A stretch of 32,000 bases of DNA from Halalkalibacterium halodurans (GTDB lineage: Bacteria; Bacillota; Bacilli; Bacillales; Bacillaceae_D). The stretch is from NCBI RefSeq assembly GCF_004376175.1, contig NZ_SNUY01000004.1, forward strand, positions 9,789 through 41,788, written 5' to 3'. Below are positions 18,922 through 27,080 of this stretch, piece after piece. The notes beneath the pieces are model-generated. The model was not told where the DNA came from, did no database searches, and saw only the letters and a list, made by a program, of their open reading frames with translations. Made by a program: the position numbers and the translations under genes. Position 1 is the stretch's first letter. Every line of letters starts with the position of its first letter.

Positions 18922-20334
18922 CTATGCAGCTTTGCGAATTCGAGCATATAGATACGTTAAGACAAGCGGTAAAATGAAGGCGATCACCATGCCGATAAAG
19001 AACACTCCCCAGAAGCCTGCCTGAATTGAGAAAATTCCAGGAAGCCCTCCTACACCAATTGAGTTCGCTAAAACGCCATTAACCGTAATGAACGCACCCC
19101 CAATGGCAGCACTAATAATCGCGCAAACAAATGGGAACTTATAGCGAATGTTCACTCCAAACATGGCCGGCTCCGTAATGCCTAAATAGGCGGATACCGC
19201 GGATGAGAGGGACAGTCCCTTGAGCTTCTCGTCACGGGTTGCAAACATCATGGCGAGAGCTGCGGACCCTTGTGCAATATTTGAAAGAACTAAAATCGGC
19301 CAGAGGAAGGTTCCACCGATCGTACCGATTAACTGTAAGTCAACCGCAAGGAACGTATGATGCATCCCAGTGACTACGAGGGGAGCATAAATGAGTCCAT
19401 ATAAGAAGCCGCCGACGAGGGGAACAGCTGCAAAGATCGATGTGAATACGTTTGTAATCCCATTCCCAATCGTAAAGGTGATTGGCCCAATCGCAGCAAA
19501 AGCAATAAATCCTGTAATAAGTAAGGCAACAGGTGCAACAACAAGCAATTGAATGGAATCAGGTACACGTTTACGCAAGAAGATTTCAATTTTTGCTAAG
19601 ATCCAAGCCGAGAATAAAATCGGCAACACTTGGCCTTGATAACCAACTTGTTCAATCGTTAAGCCAAACAAATTCCATGTGGGAATCTCCCCTTCTAACT
19701 GTGCTTGCCCGTACCCCCATGCGTTTAAAAGATCAGGGTGGACGAGCATGAGCCCGAGGACAATCCCTAGCAATTCACTCCCGCCAAACCGTTTGACGGC
19801 AGACCAACCGATCAGACCAGGCAAGAAGACGAAGGCGGTGTTCGCGATTAAATTAATAATGCCAGCAAAATCTGCCCATTGGGGATGAATGTCAATGACA
19901 GAGGCACCGTCATAAAAAATCCCTTCCGCCGTTAAAATATTGTTTATCCCCATAAGTAAACCAGCAGTTACAATGGCCGGTAATATCGGGATAAAAATAT
20001 CAGCAAGCGTTTTCACAGCACGTTGAAAAACATTCGTATTTTTCGCTGCCGCATCTTTAACATCTTCTTTCGTTGCTTCGCCGATGCCAGTTTCAGCCAC
20101 GAGTTCCTTATACACTTTATCCACGGTCCCTTGACCGATGATCACTTGAAACTGACCGTTCGTGGAGAATGATCCCTTTACAATGTCAAGGCTTTCAAGT
20201 TTTTCTTGATCAACTTTCCCCTCATCGCGAAGGACAAAACGAAGCCTTGTAACACAATGAGTAGCTGTCTGAATATTGTCCGCACCGCCAATGGCTTCGA
20301 CAATTGCGTTCACTTCTTTTTTATATTGAGCCAT
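18922..20334 (-). CDS. treP: PTS trehalose-specific EIIBC component
   Basis: 470 aa, near-collinear with B. subtilis TreP as I remember it (IVEAIGGADNI..ATHCVTRLRF, VKGSFSTNGQFQV.IGQGTV.KVY, TLADIFIPILPAIVTAGLLMGINNILTAEGIF, GMHHTFLAVDLQLIG). No EIIA domain. AGGAGGAG RBS. Confidence 0.88.
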   Translation of the reverse strand: MAQYKKEVNAIVEAIGGADNIQTATHCVTRLRFVLRDEGKVDQEKLESLDIVKGSFSTNGQFQVIIGQGTVDKVYKELVAETGIGEATKEDVKDAAAKNTNVFQRAVKTLADIFIPILPAIVTAGLLMGINNILTAEGIFYDGASVIDIHPQWADFAGIINLIANTAFVFLPGLIGWSAVKRFGGSELLGIVLGLMLVHPDLLNAWGYGQAQLEGEIPTWNLFGLTIEQVGYQGQVLPILFSAWILAKIEIFLRKRVPDSIQLLVVAPVALLITGFIAFAAIGPITFTIGNGITNVFTSIFAAVPLVGGFLYGLIYAPLVVTGMHHTFLAVDLQLIGTIGGTFLWPILVLSNIAQGSAALAMMFATRDEKLKGLSLSSAVSAYLGITEPAMFGVNIRYKFPFVCAIISAAIGGAFITVNGVLANSIGVGGLPGIFSIQAGFWGVFFIGMVIAFILPLVLTYLYARIRKAA

Positions 20335-20383
20335 GGTGTTCTCCTCCTGTTATCGTTTTCATGTTGCGTTTTCTTATTAAAAT

Positions 20384-20441
20384 TTGTATATACAAGTTCA
20401 ACTGCTACTTGTATTTTATCTTGTATATACAAGTTAGTCAA
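20384..20441 (-). promoter_or_regulatory. treP sigma-A promoter with two identical palindromic operators (TreR-type)
   Basis: Minus strand: TTGACT (20441-20436), a 17-nt spacer, then TAAAAT (20418-20413). The perfect palindrome TTGTATATACAA occurs twice, at 20421-20432 inside the spacer and at 20384-20395 downstream of the predicted start. Both copies are followed by the same bases, giving an identical 16-nt TTGTATATACAAGTTN. An extra half-site ACTTGTAT lies at 20407-20414. Confidence 0.75.
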
Positions 20442-20633
20442 TCCTTTTATGTCTGCTTCCTGTTATTTTCTACTTCTTCTCTCATTCTATAATCGAGACC
20501 TTCCCTTTGTACGAATGATTTCTGTTACGTTAAACAAAAAAGGCATACACGGATGATAGAGATGAATCTCTACCGTTTCAGAATCGCGGAAATTTTTAAC
20601 GATAAAGCTTTACCGAAATTTAAGTTGTTTATA

Positions 20634-20671
20634 AACAAAAAAGGTTAACCAGTGTTAAACCGGTCAACCTT
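20634..20671 (-). terminator. Rho-independent terminator after the 92-aa gene
   Basis: Minus strand: aagguugacc / gguuaaccuu form a 10-bp stem (one G-U) followed by uuuuug. It lies about 28 nt after the stop at 20699. Confidence 0.7.
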
Positions 20672-20698
20672 ATCCATCACTTGATAAATCTTATTACT

Positions 20699-20977
20699 TC
20701 AGCTACTCGCTCGGAACCAGCGAATCAGTTGCTCCTTTTCTAATTCGGTAAACTGATAGTTAGGAGAATCACAGCCCTCTTCGTATAAAACAACTTGAAG
20801 TACGTCGCCACTTTCACTAAGGATGAGAAGGGCTTCTGGATCGATGATGTCTTCCGGCATCGCATCACATTGAAAAGAAACAACTACGTGCGTCCAGTGC
20901 TGAATCTCGTACGTGCGGACAATCGCAAAGTTTGTTAAAGTTGCTTCTGTATAGCGTTCAAAATTTAAATCAATCAT
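20699..20977 (-). CDS. Hypothetical 92-aa acidic protein, co-transcribed with the radical SAM gene
   Basis: AAGGAG lies 7 nt upstream of the ATG. There is only a 12-nt gap after the upstream radical-SAM stop, and a terminator follows. I recognise no family. Confidence 0.5.
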   Translation of the reverse strand: MIDLNFERYTEATLTNFAIVRTYEIQHWTHVVVSFQCDAMPEDIIDPEALLILSESGDVLQVVLYEEGCDSPNYQFTELEKEQLIRWFRASS

Positions 20978-20989
20978 TGTTAAACTCCT

Positions 20990-21802
20990 TTATGGCAAAA
21001 ATCCTTCCTGGCTCAGTTTAACACGACTTTCGTCAAAATGGGCACAGAACTGCCGATGAACTTTTTCAAGCGCCGCTTCTTCATACCAAGTTTCATAACC
21101 GAGCTCAGTCAGTCTCTCCGGCATCCTGAGAGCTCGCGAACGCTTCCCATTAGCCCCGTCACCAAGCTCAAACGTATCGATACACACTTGGTCAGCAATC
21201 GAAACGTAGGATTCAGCAAAACGATCACTTGATGGAAGGATTGGCGCGACTGTTAACTGAGTCGGTATCCCCGCTTGATATAGAGCATGGAGCGCTCGCT
21301 TTCTCCCTTGGATTGGTGGTGCTTTCGGCGCAAATGCTTTCCGAACCGACTCTAAATCAGTTTCAATGGTCAGGCTCACGCGAACGCGCTTACCAAGCTG
21401 CTGCAGAATGTCTACATCTCTTGTTACAAGCGGACTACGTGTTTGAACAAACAAAAAGTCCGGCGGATTGTCTGCCATTACTTCTAACAACGAACGGGTT
21501 ACCTTTTCCTCCACTTCAACTGGCTGATATGGATCTGTGCTAGAAGACATGAAGAGATGGACTCGCCCTCTTTTCTTTGCTCGTACTAGCTCATTCGAAA
21601 AGGTTTCTTTTACCCCTTGTTTTATATCAACCCAGTCCCCCCACTCACCTTTATGGAAAAGAGCGACCGGCATTTTTCTTACGTAACAATAGGAGCACGC
21701 GAACGTACAACCAACGTACGGATTTAACGAATAATCATAGCCTTGTAAAAAGCCAGATGTTTTCGTTAACCACGCTTTAGGTGTTCGGTAGGATCGATCC
21801 AT
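20990..21802 (-). CDS. Radical SAM protein, SPL/DNA-photolyase-like (COG1533-type) family
   Basis: CxxxCxxC cluster motif in NPYVGCTFACSYCYV near the N-terminus. The size and SSSTDPYQP segment resemble spore-photoproduct-lyase-family radical SAM proteins. GGAGG lies 6 nt upstream of the ATG. Confidence 0.8.
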   Translation of the reverse strand: MDRSYRTPKAWLTKTSGFLQGYDYSLNPYVGCTFACSYCYVRKMPVALFHKGEWGDWVDIKQGVKETFSNELVRAKKRGRVHLFMSSSTDPYQPVEVEEKVTRSLLEVMADNPPDFLFVQTRSPLVTRDVDILQQLGKRVRVSLTIETDLESVRKAFAPKAPPIQGRKRALHALYQAGIPTQLTVAPILPSSDRFAESYVSIADQVCIDTFELGDGANGKRSRALRMPERLTELGYETWYEEAALEKVHRQFCAHFDESRVKLSQEGFLP

Positions 21803-21904
21803 CGAATTCCTCCTCTATCCCCCATGTCAGGATCTTTTCCTATCATATCGTGTGAAGGCAAAGGCAGTAAAGAACAGATTAAGGTCCTGTTTGCTTTCAC
21901 GAGC

Positions 21905-21930
21905 AAAAAAAGAACCCGGCATGTCGGGTT
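21905..21930 (-). terminator. Terminator of the LacI-family gene
   Basis: Minus strand: aacccg / cggguu, a 6-bp stem overlapping the stop codon, followed by a run of 7 U. Confidence 0.55.
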
Positions 21931-22936
21931 ATGTTGCAATCGTTTCATTTTTCGTCGTTCCGCGTATGATCAGCTCTGGGGTATAGAGCACTTTCTCATT
22001 TGTTAGCGCTTTTGTTTCAATCGCTTCAAGCAGAAGATCGACAACCTTTCTCCCCATATCGGCCACGGGCTGAGCGACTGTCGTCAATGCAGGCACCGTC
22101 GTTGTTGCGAGAATGGTATTATCGAAGCCAATGACAGATAGATCTTCAGGAATCCGAATGCCTAACTCTTTTGCACCATGAATAACACCGATCGCGATCA
22201 AATCGTTACAAGCAAATATCGCGGAAGGGAGCAGACCTTTTTCATGCATTGTCAAAAGACAGAATTTCCCGTTTTCTGTAGAGGCGGTCGTTTTGTAAAT
22301 TTGCTCTTCAACAAACGGGATGCCGTGGGAAGCATGTGCTTCCTTGTATCCATAAATCCGCAACCGACTGCTACTCACGTGTTCAGCAATGATCGCAATC
22401 CGCTCATGCCCAGAAGTGATAAGATACGATGTCGCTTCAAACCCACCCTTATAATCATCAACTGAGATAGAGGGGACCCCAAGTCCACCATCATCCTGGG
22501 TTAACATGACGATCGGCGTTCCCTGTTCCTTTAGTCGTTTTAATCCTTCCCGATCATGAAAGCTCGACGCGATAATAAAGCCGTCCACCCGTTTTTGCTG
22601 CAACAGTTCAAGATATTTTTTTTCTTTTTGTTCATTTTCGTCCGTGCTGCAAATAATCACACTTAGGCCTGCTTCATGGGCGCGATCTTCAATCGTTCGT
22701 GCCATTTCTGAGAAGAACGGGTTAGAAATATCCGGAACGAGCAAGCCGATCGTTTTTGTCGCTTTCCCAGTCAAGGCAGTGGCCATCAAGTTTGGTCGAT
22801 AGTTCAGACGCTCCATCGCTTGTTTAACTTTCAACCGCGTTGCTGGCCGCATATTCCCCGTATGATTGATCACTTTAGAGACAGTTGCGATCGATACCCC
22901 GGCTTCTTTCGCTACGTCATATATCGTTGGTTTCAT
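21929..22936 (-). CDS. LacI-family transcriptional regulator
   Basis: N-terminal HTH MKPTIYDVAKEAGVSIATVSKVIN plus a periplasmic-binding-protein-like sugar-binding core. Confidence 0.93.
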   Translation of the reverse strand: MKPTIYDVAKEAGVSIATVSKVINHTGNMRPATRLKVKQAMERLNYRPNLMATALTGKATKTIGLLVPDISNPFFSEMARTIEDRAHEAGLSVIICSTDENEQKEKKYLELLQQKRVDGFIIASSFHDREGLKRLKEQGTPIVMLTQDDGGLGVPSISVDDYKGGFEATSYLITSGHERIAIIAEHVSSSRLRIYGYKEAHASHGIPFVEEQIYKTTASTENGKFCLLTMHEKGLLPSAIFACNDLIAIGVIHGAKELGIRIPEDLSVIGFDNTILATTTVPALTTVAQPVADMGRKVVDLLLEAIETKALTNEKVLYTPELIIRGTTKNETIAT

Positions 22937-23033
22937 TATATTGCCTCTTTTCTGACTCTGTTGCTTATTCCCATTCTACCATAGAGGCACACCACTTTTG
23001 CACGGAGAACACTTCTTTCATCGACACTTCCTA

Positions 23034-24092
23034 TTAAGCTAGGATGACTTCTTGAACATTGATTAATGTTTTTGTTGTAAACGATTGTTTGCATGCGTAA
23101 CCAAGCTTCGTAGACTCCACACCATCCTTTACGGTCACATCCGGCTTCCGTCCTTCAAGAATACAGCGAATGAACTCCTCGGCTTCCGCTCGGTATGCTT
23201 GCTCGAAACGCTCAATAAAACCTTGAACACATTCATGAATCACCCCGTGCTCATTCATCACGATCGCTTGATTCCGCTCGGGAATGGAACCAATTCGAAT
23301 CGTCCCTTTCGTTCCGATGATTTCGGTTTCAATATGGTACCCATGGGCACAGTTTCGACCAGCTACAAACAAACCGATCGCCTGATTGTCAAAGCGAACC
23401 ATTGCTGCCCCAGTTTCAGCATCGCCAAGCTCAGCAAATTCAGGCCTTGAATAACTTCCACCGATCGCCCACGCTTCAGACGCCTCAGCCCCTAAATACC
23501 AGCGAGCTAGGTCAAAATCGTGGATCGACATATCTAAAAACAAACCACCGCTGTCATTCGCTTTTGCGAAAGCAAGAAAACCGTCAATTTGGCTTGCCGG
23601 ATCAAGTCCGTAGCATCTGATCATCACTGGCTCTCCTATCTCTCCACGGTTGATTTTTTCTTTTGCTGCTTGATACGATGGATCATAACGGCGCATGAAG
23701 CCAAGCATAAACACTTGGTCTTCGTGGCGATTGACCGCGTTCTCCACTTCCCTAACTTCAGCCAAATGAAGGCCTAAAGGTTTTTCGCAAAAAACGTGGA
23801 AGCCTTTTTCGAGCCCTTTCTTGATTTGTTCACAGTGAAAACCTGACGGTGAGGCAATGAAAATGGCATCTAATTCTTCGTTTGCTAGCATCTCCTCGTA
23901 GCTCGTATAACCGTAAGGCACGCCCCACCGTTCCCTTGCTTGTTTTACCTCGGCTTCAACGACGCTACATACAGCAGTGAGCTCGCAACGAGGAATGCGA
24001 AATGCTAGATTGTCCCCATGCTGCTGCCCGAGCCGTCCGAGTCCGACCAAGCCTACCTTGACACTTTTCAACTCTCCTAGCCCCTTTCTCAC
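23034..24092 (-). CDS. Gfo/Idh/MocA-family NAD(P)-dependent oxidoreductase
   Basis: VGLVGLGRLG Rossmann motif and the EKP motif (FCEKPLG). The start is uncertain: GTG 24092 overlaps the upstream stop, or TTG 24071 has AAAGGGG 9 nt upstream. Confidence 0.88.
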   Translation of the reverse strand: MRKGLGELKSVKVGLVGLGRLGQQHGDNLAFRIPRCELTAVCSVVEAEVKQARERWGVPYGYTSYEEMLANEELDAIFIASPSGFHCEQIKKGLEKGFHVFCEKPLGLHLAEVREVENAVNRHEDQVFMLGFMRRYDPSYQAAKEKINRGEIGEPVMIRCYGLDPASQIDGFLAFAKANDSGGLFLDMSIHDFDLARWYLGAEASEAWAIGGSYSRPEFAELGDAETGAAMVRFDNQAIGLFVAGRNCAHGYHIETEIIGTKGTIRIGSIPERNQAIVMNEHGVIHECVQGFIERFEQAYRAEAEEFIRCILEGRKPDVTVKDGVESTKLGYACKQSFTTKTLINVQEVILA

Positions 24093-25126
24093 TCCGATTT
24101 AGCGTGTTCCTCCAATACTTCTACATCCTTCACAGCAACTGGACGATTTTCTAACCAAGACTGCTTTGCCGCCAAGGCGAGCAATTCTGCTTTGTATCCA
24201 TCTTCTCCTGTGCAGCGCAACGGCTGATCCTCTAAAATCGCTGTTGCAAACTCAGCTACCTCGTCTTTATACGCTTGCTCGTAACGATCAAGGAAGAAGT
24301 GCTTTGGCAAATCGAGTGTCACTGTATCTTTTGTGCTAATTTGTACATTTGTTTTACGCTCATTATCCGCAGATACAGAGCCGAGGGAACCGAACACTTC
24401 GACGCGTTGATCGTAGCCATAGGCCGCTTGTCGACTATTATCGATGACCGCAATCGCACCATTTTCTAACATTAGCGTAATGATCGCTGTGTCCACATCC
24501 CCGACTTCTCCGATCCGAGAGTCCACAAGATTAGCCGCTTTGACGGATACTTCTGTCACCTCGCTCCCTGATAAGTAACGAACCATATCAAAATCATGGA
24601 TCGTCATATCCATAAACATTCCACCTGATCGTTCCACATAAGAAAGGGGCGGAGCTTCTGGATCACGAGAGCTAACACGTATAATGTGCGGCGCACCGAT
24701 CGCTCCTGCTTGCACGCACTCTTGCACACGGCGAAAGTGTTTGTCATAGCGACGGTTAAACCCTACTTGAAACTTCACTCCTGCCTCGTTCACGATATTT
24801 AAGGCACCCTTCGTTTCCGTTACATGAAAACTGATTGGCTTCTCGCAAAAAATATGTTTGCCCGCTAAAGCAGCGGCCTTGATGAAAGCGGCATGGGTAT
24901 CTGTTGACGAGCAAATAAAAATCGCATCAATGTCCCGATTGGAAAAAAGCTCGTCAGGGTTCGTCGTCATTATCTCGACAGAACGCTCAATCTCCGTCCC
25001 TTTTAAATGATCCAACTGTACATCTGATACCGCTTTCAACTCCATGTAAGGTGACGAGATAATATTCCTTGCATGAAGCTGTCCAATTCGCCCTGCGCCA
25101 ATTAATCCAATGTTTACTGTTTTCAT
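24089..25126 (-). CDS. Gfo/Idh/MocA-family oxidoreductase, inositol 2-dehydrogenase-like
   Basis: I trim the track ORF (to 25381) to ATG 25124-25126 (MKTVNIGLIGAGRIGQLH). AAGAGGGGAA lies upstream, and the ATG overlaps the symporter stop as ATGA. FCEKPIS and GFNRRYD motifs. The 85-aa extension in the track overlaps the symporter gene and is not credible. Confidence 0.9.
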   Translation of the reverse strand: MKTVNIGLIGAGRIGQLHARNIISSPYMELKAVSDVQLDHLKGTEIERSVEIMTTNPDELFSNRDIDAIFICSSTDTHAAFIKAAALAGKHIFCEKPISFHVTETKGALNIVNEAGVKFQVGFNRRYDKHFRRVQECVQAGAIGAPHIIRVSSRDPEAPPLSYVERSGGMFMDMTIHDFDMVRYLSGSEVTEVSVKAANLVDSRIGEVGDVDTAIITLMLENGAIAVIDNSRQAAYGYDQRVEVFGSLGSVSADNERKTNVQISTKDTVTLDLPKHFFLDRYEQAYKDEVAEFATAILEDQPLRCTGEDGYKAELLALAAKQSWLENRPVAVKDVEVLEEHAKSE

Positions 25127-26889
25127 GTTTGTTCCCCTCTTTTCGTTAACCTGATTTTTGATTGAATGTGATTTAATGGGACTCTTCCACCACGGATACG
25201 GTCTGTTTTCTTCCAGAACAAGACGACCCCTCCCATGAATGCAAGAGTTACGATAAAGAAAATGAATTGATAGATCGTGTAACCACCGGAAGACTCCGCC
25301 ACACCAAGAGGTGAAAAGAACGTGTACACACCGAGCATGGTTAGTAAAATGAATGCTGAAAAAGGCTTCGCATACTTCCACGGCGTTAGATCGACTTTAT
25401 TGGCAGTCGGAAGGACAAACGGCGTTTCCCGCGGCTTCAGACGACCGACGATCAACATGACGAGTACATTGATCGGGAATAGTACACTTAAGACATATAA
25501 AAAGTTGACTTCGCCTAAGACAACTTTTGATCCGGCGTATAAAACGACATGAACGGCAACTAACACTTTTGGTGCCGATGCCGGGACATATTTACTGAAA
25601 AAGCCGACAATCACCATCGCGATGATAGGCAAGCTATAAAAGCCATTCATCTCCTGTAAAAAGTAATACAGGCCTTGAGGTGCATAAAGAATAAAGGGTG
25701 CAATTACGACAGCGGTAATGGCTAAACATGCCGCAAAAATTCGTCCGGCCTTGACGAGCTCAGGTTCTTTCGCATTTGGTTTAAAGATCGGCTTATATAT
25801 ATCCAGTGTAAACAACGTAATCGAGCTGTTTAACACATTATTAAACGAACTTAAAATCGCTCCGAATAACACTGCGGCTAAAAATCCTGAAAGAGCAACC
25901 GGCATAACGTCGATGACAAGGCTCGGATACGCCATATCTGCATTCGCTAGCACATCCCCATAGAGAAGATAGGCAATAATCCCTGGCAACACGAGAAAGG
26001 CGGCGCCGAAAATTTTAAACATACCTGCAAACAGGACACCTTTTTGACCTTCTGCTAAATTTTTCGCTGCAAGTGTCCGTTGAATAATCGATTGGTTCGT
26101 GCACCAATAGAACAAATTGTTAAATAGAAGCCCTGTTAGGAGAACCGCCCAAGGAACGGATGCCTGATCATTCCCAATAGCATTAAGTTTCGTCGGATTC
26201 GCGCTTACCAGTTCACCTACACCACTGGCAAAATCGCCCCGTCCAAGGACAAATAAGGCTAGAATGGGAATAAGTAACCCTCCGATAATCAACCCAATTC
26301 CGTTAATCGTATCACTCATGGCGCACGCTTTAAGTCCACCTAAAATAACATAGCCGCAACTAATGATACCAATCGCAATCGAAATGCATAGCACAATCAT
26401 AAAGGGGCTTATATCCATAACGCTTGATAAAGAAAAAATGCTATCGATCACTAGAGCACCGGAATAGAGAACTGTCGGAAGGAAAACGGTTGCATAACCG
26501 AGTAGAAACAAAACGGAAACGATTTGCCGTGTCCGCAAATCAAAACGCTGTTCCAAAAAGTCAGGGATGGTCGTAATGCCAAGCTTTAAGTAGCGCGGCA
26601 AAAAGACAAATGCCATTAAGATTAAGGCAATGGGTGCTGTTACTTCCCATGCCATGACGACCATGGATTCCCCAAATGCCTAGCCGTTTAACCCTACTAC
26701 TTGCTCAGTTGATAGATTTGTTAAAATAAGGGAGCTAGCGATGACGATTCCTGTCAGGCTGCGCCCACCAAGAAAATACCCGTCGGAGCTCGATAGATCA
26801 GTGCCTCTTGTTTTATACCAAGAAAACCACATAACAAAAATAGAATACGTTAAAAAGGATGCAAGAATGATCCAAATCAAGCCGTTCAC
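25123..26889 (-). pseudogene. Sodium:solute symporter (SSS) family transporter interrupted by one in-frame TAG
   Basis: Track ORFs 26680..26889 (N-terminal 69 aa, GYFLGGRSL...LSTEQVVGLNG) and 25123..26664 are in the same frame (225 nt apart). They are separated only by TAG at 26680-26682. Continuous reading gives ...VVGLNG*AFGESMVVMAWEV..., which spans a conserved SSS segment. Confidence 0.8.
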
Positions 26890-26904
26890 TCCTTTAGAGG
26901 CATA

Positions 26905-26920
26905 AGTTAAGCGCTTAACT
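26905..26920. promoter_or_regulatory. Perfect 16-bp palindrome, candidate LacI-family operator in the symporter 5' UTR
   Basis: AGTTAAGCGCTTAACT lies 16 nt upstream of the symporter start codon. The central AAGCGCTT core is typical of LacI/GalR operators. Confidence 0.6.
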
Positions 26921-26984
26921 AATTTGTAAAAAAATAAACAGAATACTATAATTCTATTTAATTCCTTCTAAGGGAAAAAGATAA

Positions 26985-27035
26985 AGTAAGCGCTTTCCTT
27001 ATGCTGAGTATAATATAGGCTTGATTGGAAATCAA
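26985..27035 (-). promoter_or_regulatory. Putative sigma-A promoter of the symporter-oxidoreductase operon with a cre-like site at the start point
   Basis: Minus strand: TTGATT (27035-27030), a 17-nt spacer, then TATACT (27012-27007). AGGAAAGCGCTTACT (26999-26985) fits the cre consensus WTGNAANCGNWNNCW with one mismatch. Confidence 0.5.
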
Positions 27036-27080
27036 TCTTTTTTTTGATTGATTTGAAAATTCATTTAAGAACGATCGCCG

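Noticed and set aside
20384-20432. Repeated TTGTATATACAAGT as a possible CRISPR or mobile-element repeat
   Set aside because: There are only two copies, each itself palindromic and positioned on a promoter. This is operator architecture, not a repeat-spacer array.
25127-25381. 85-aa N-terminal extension of the second oxidoreductase
   Set aside because: It overlaps the 3' end of the symporter gene in another frame. The Rossmann motif and a strong RBS define the start at 25126.
26680-26682. TAG as a programmed pyrrolysine or readthrough codon
   Set aside because: No pyl genes or recoding signals are visible here, and Bacillaceae are not known to me to use pyrrolysine. A nonsense mutation or sequencing error is the simpler explanation.
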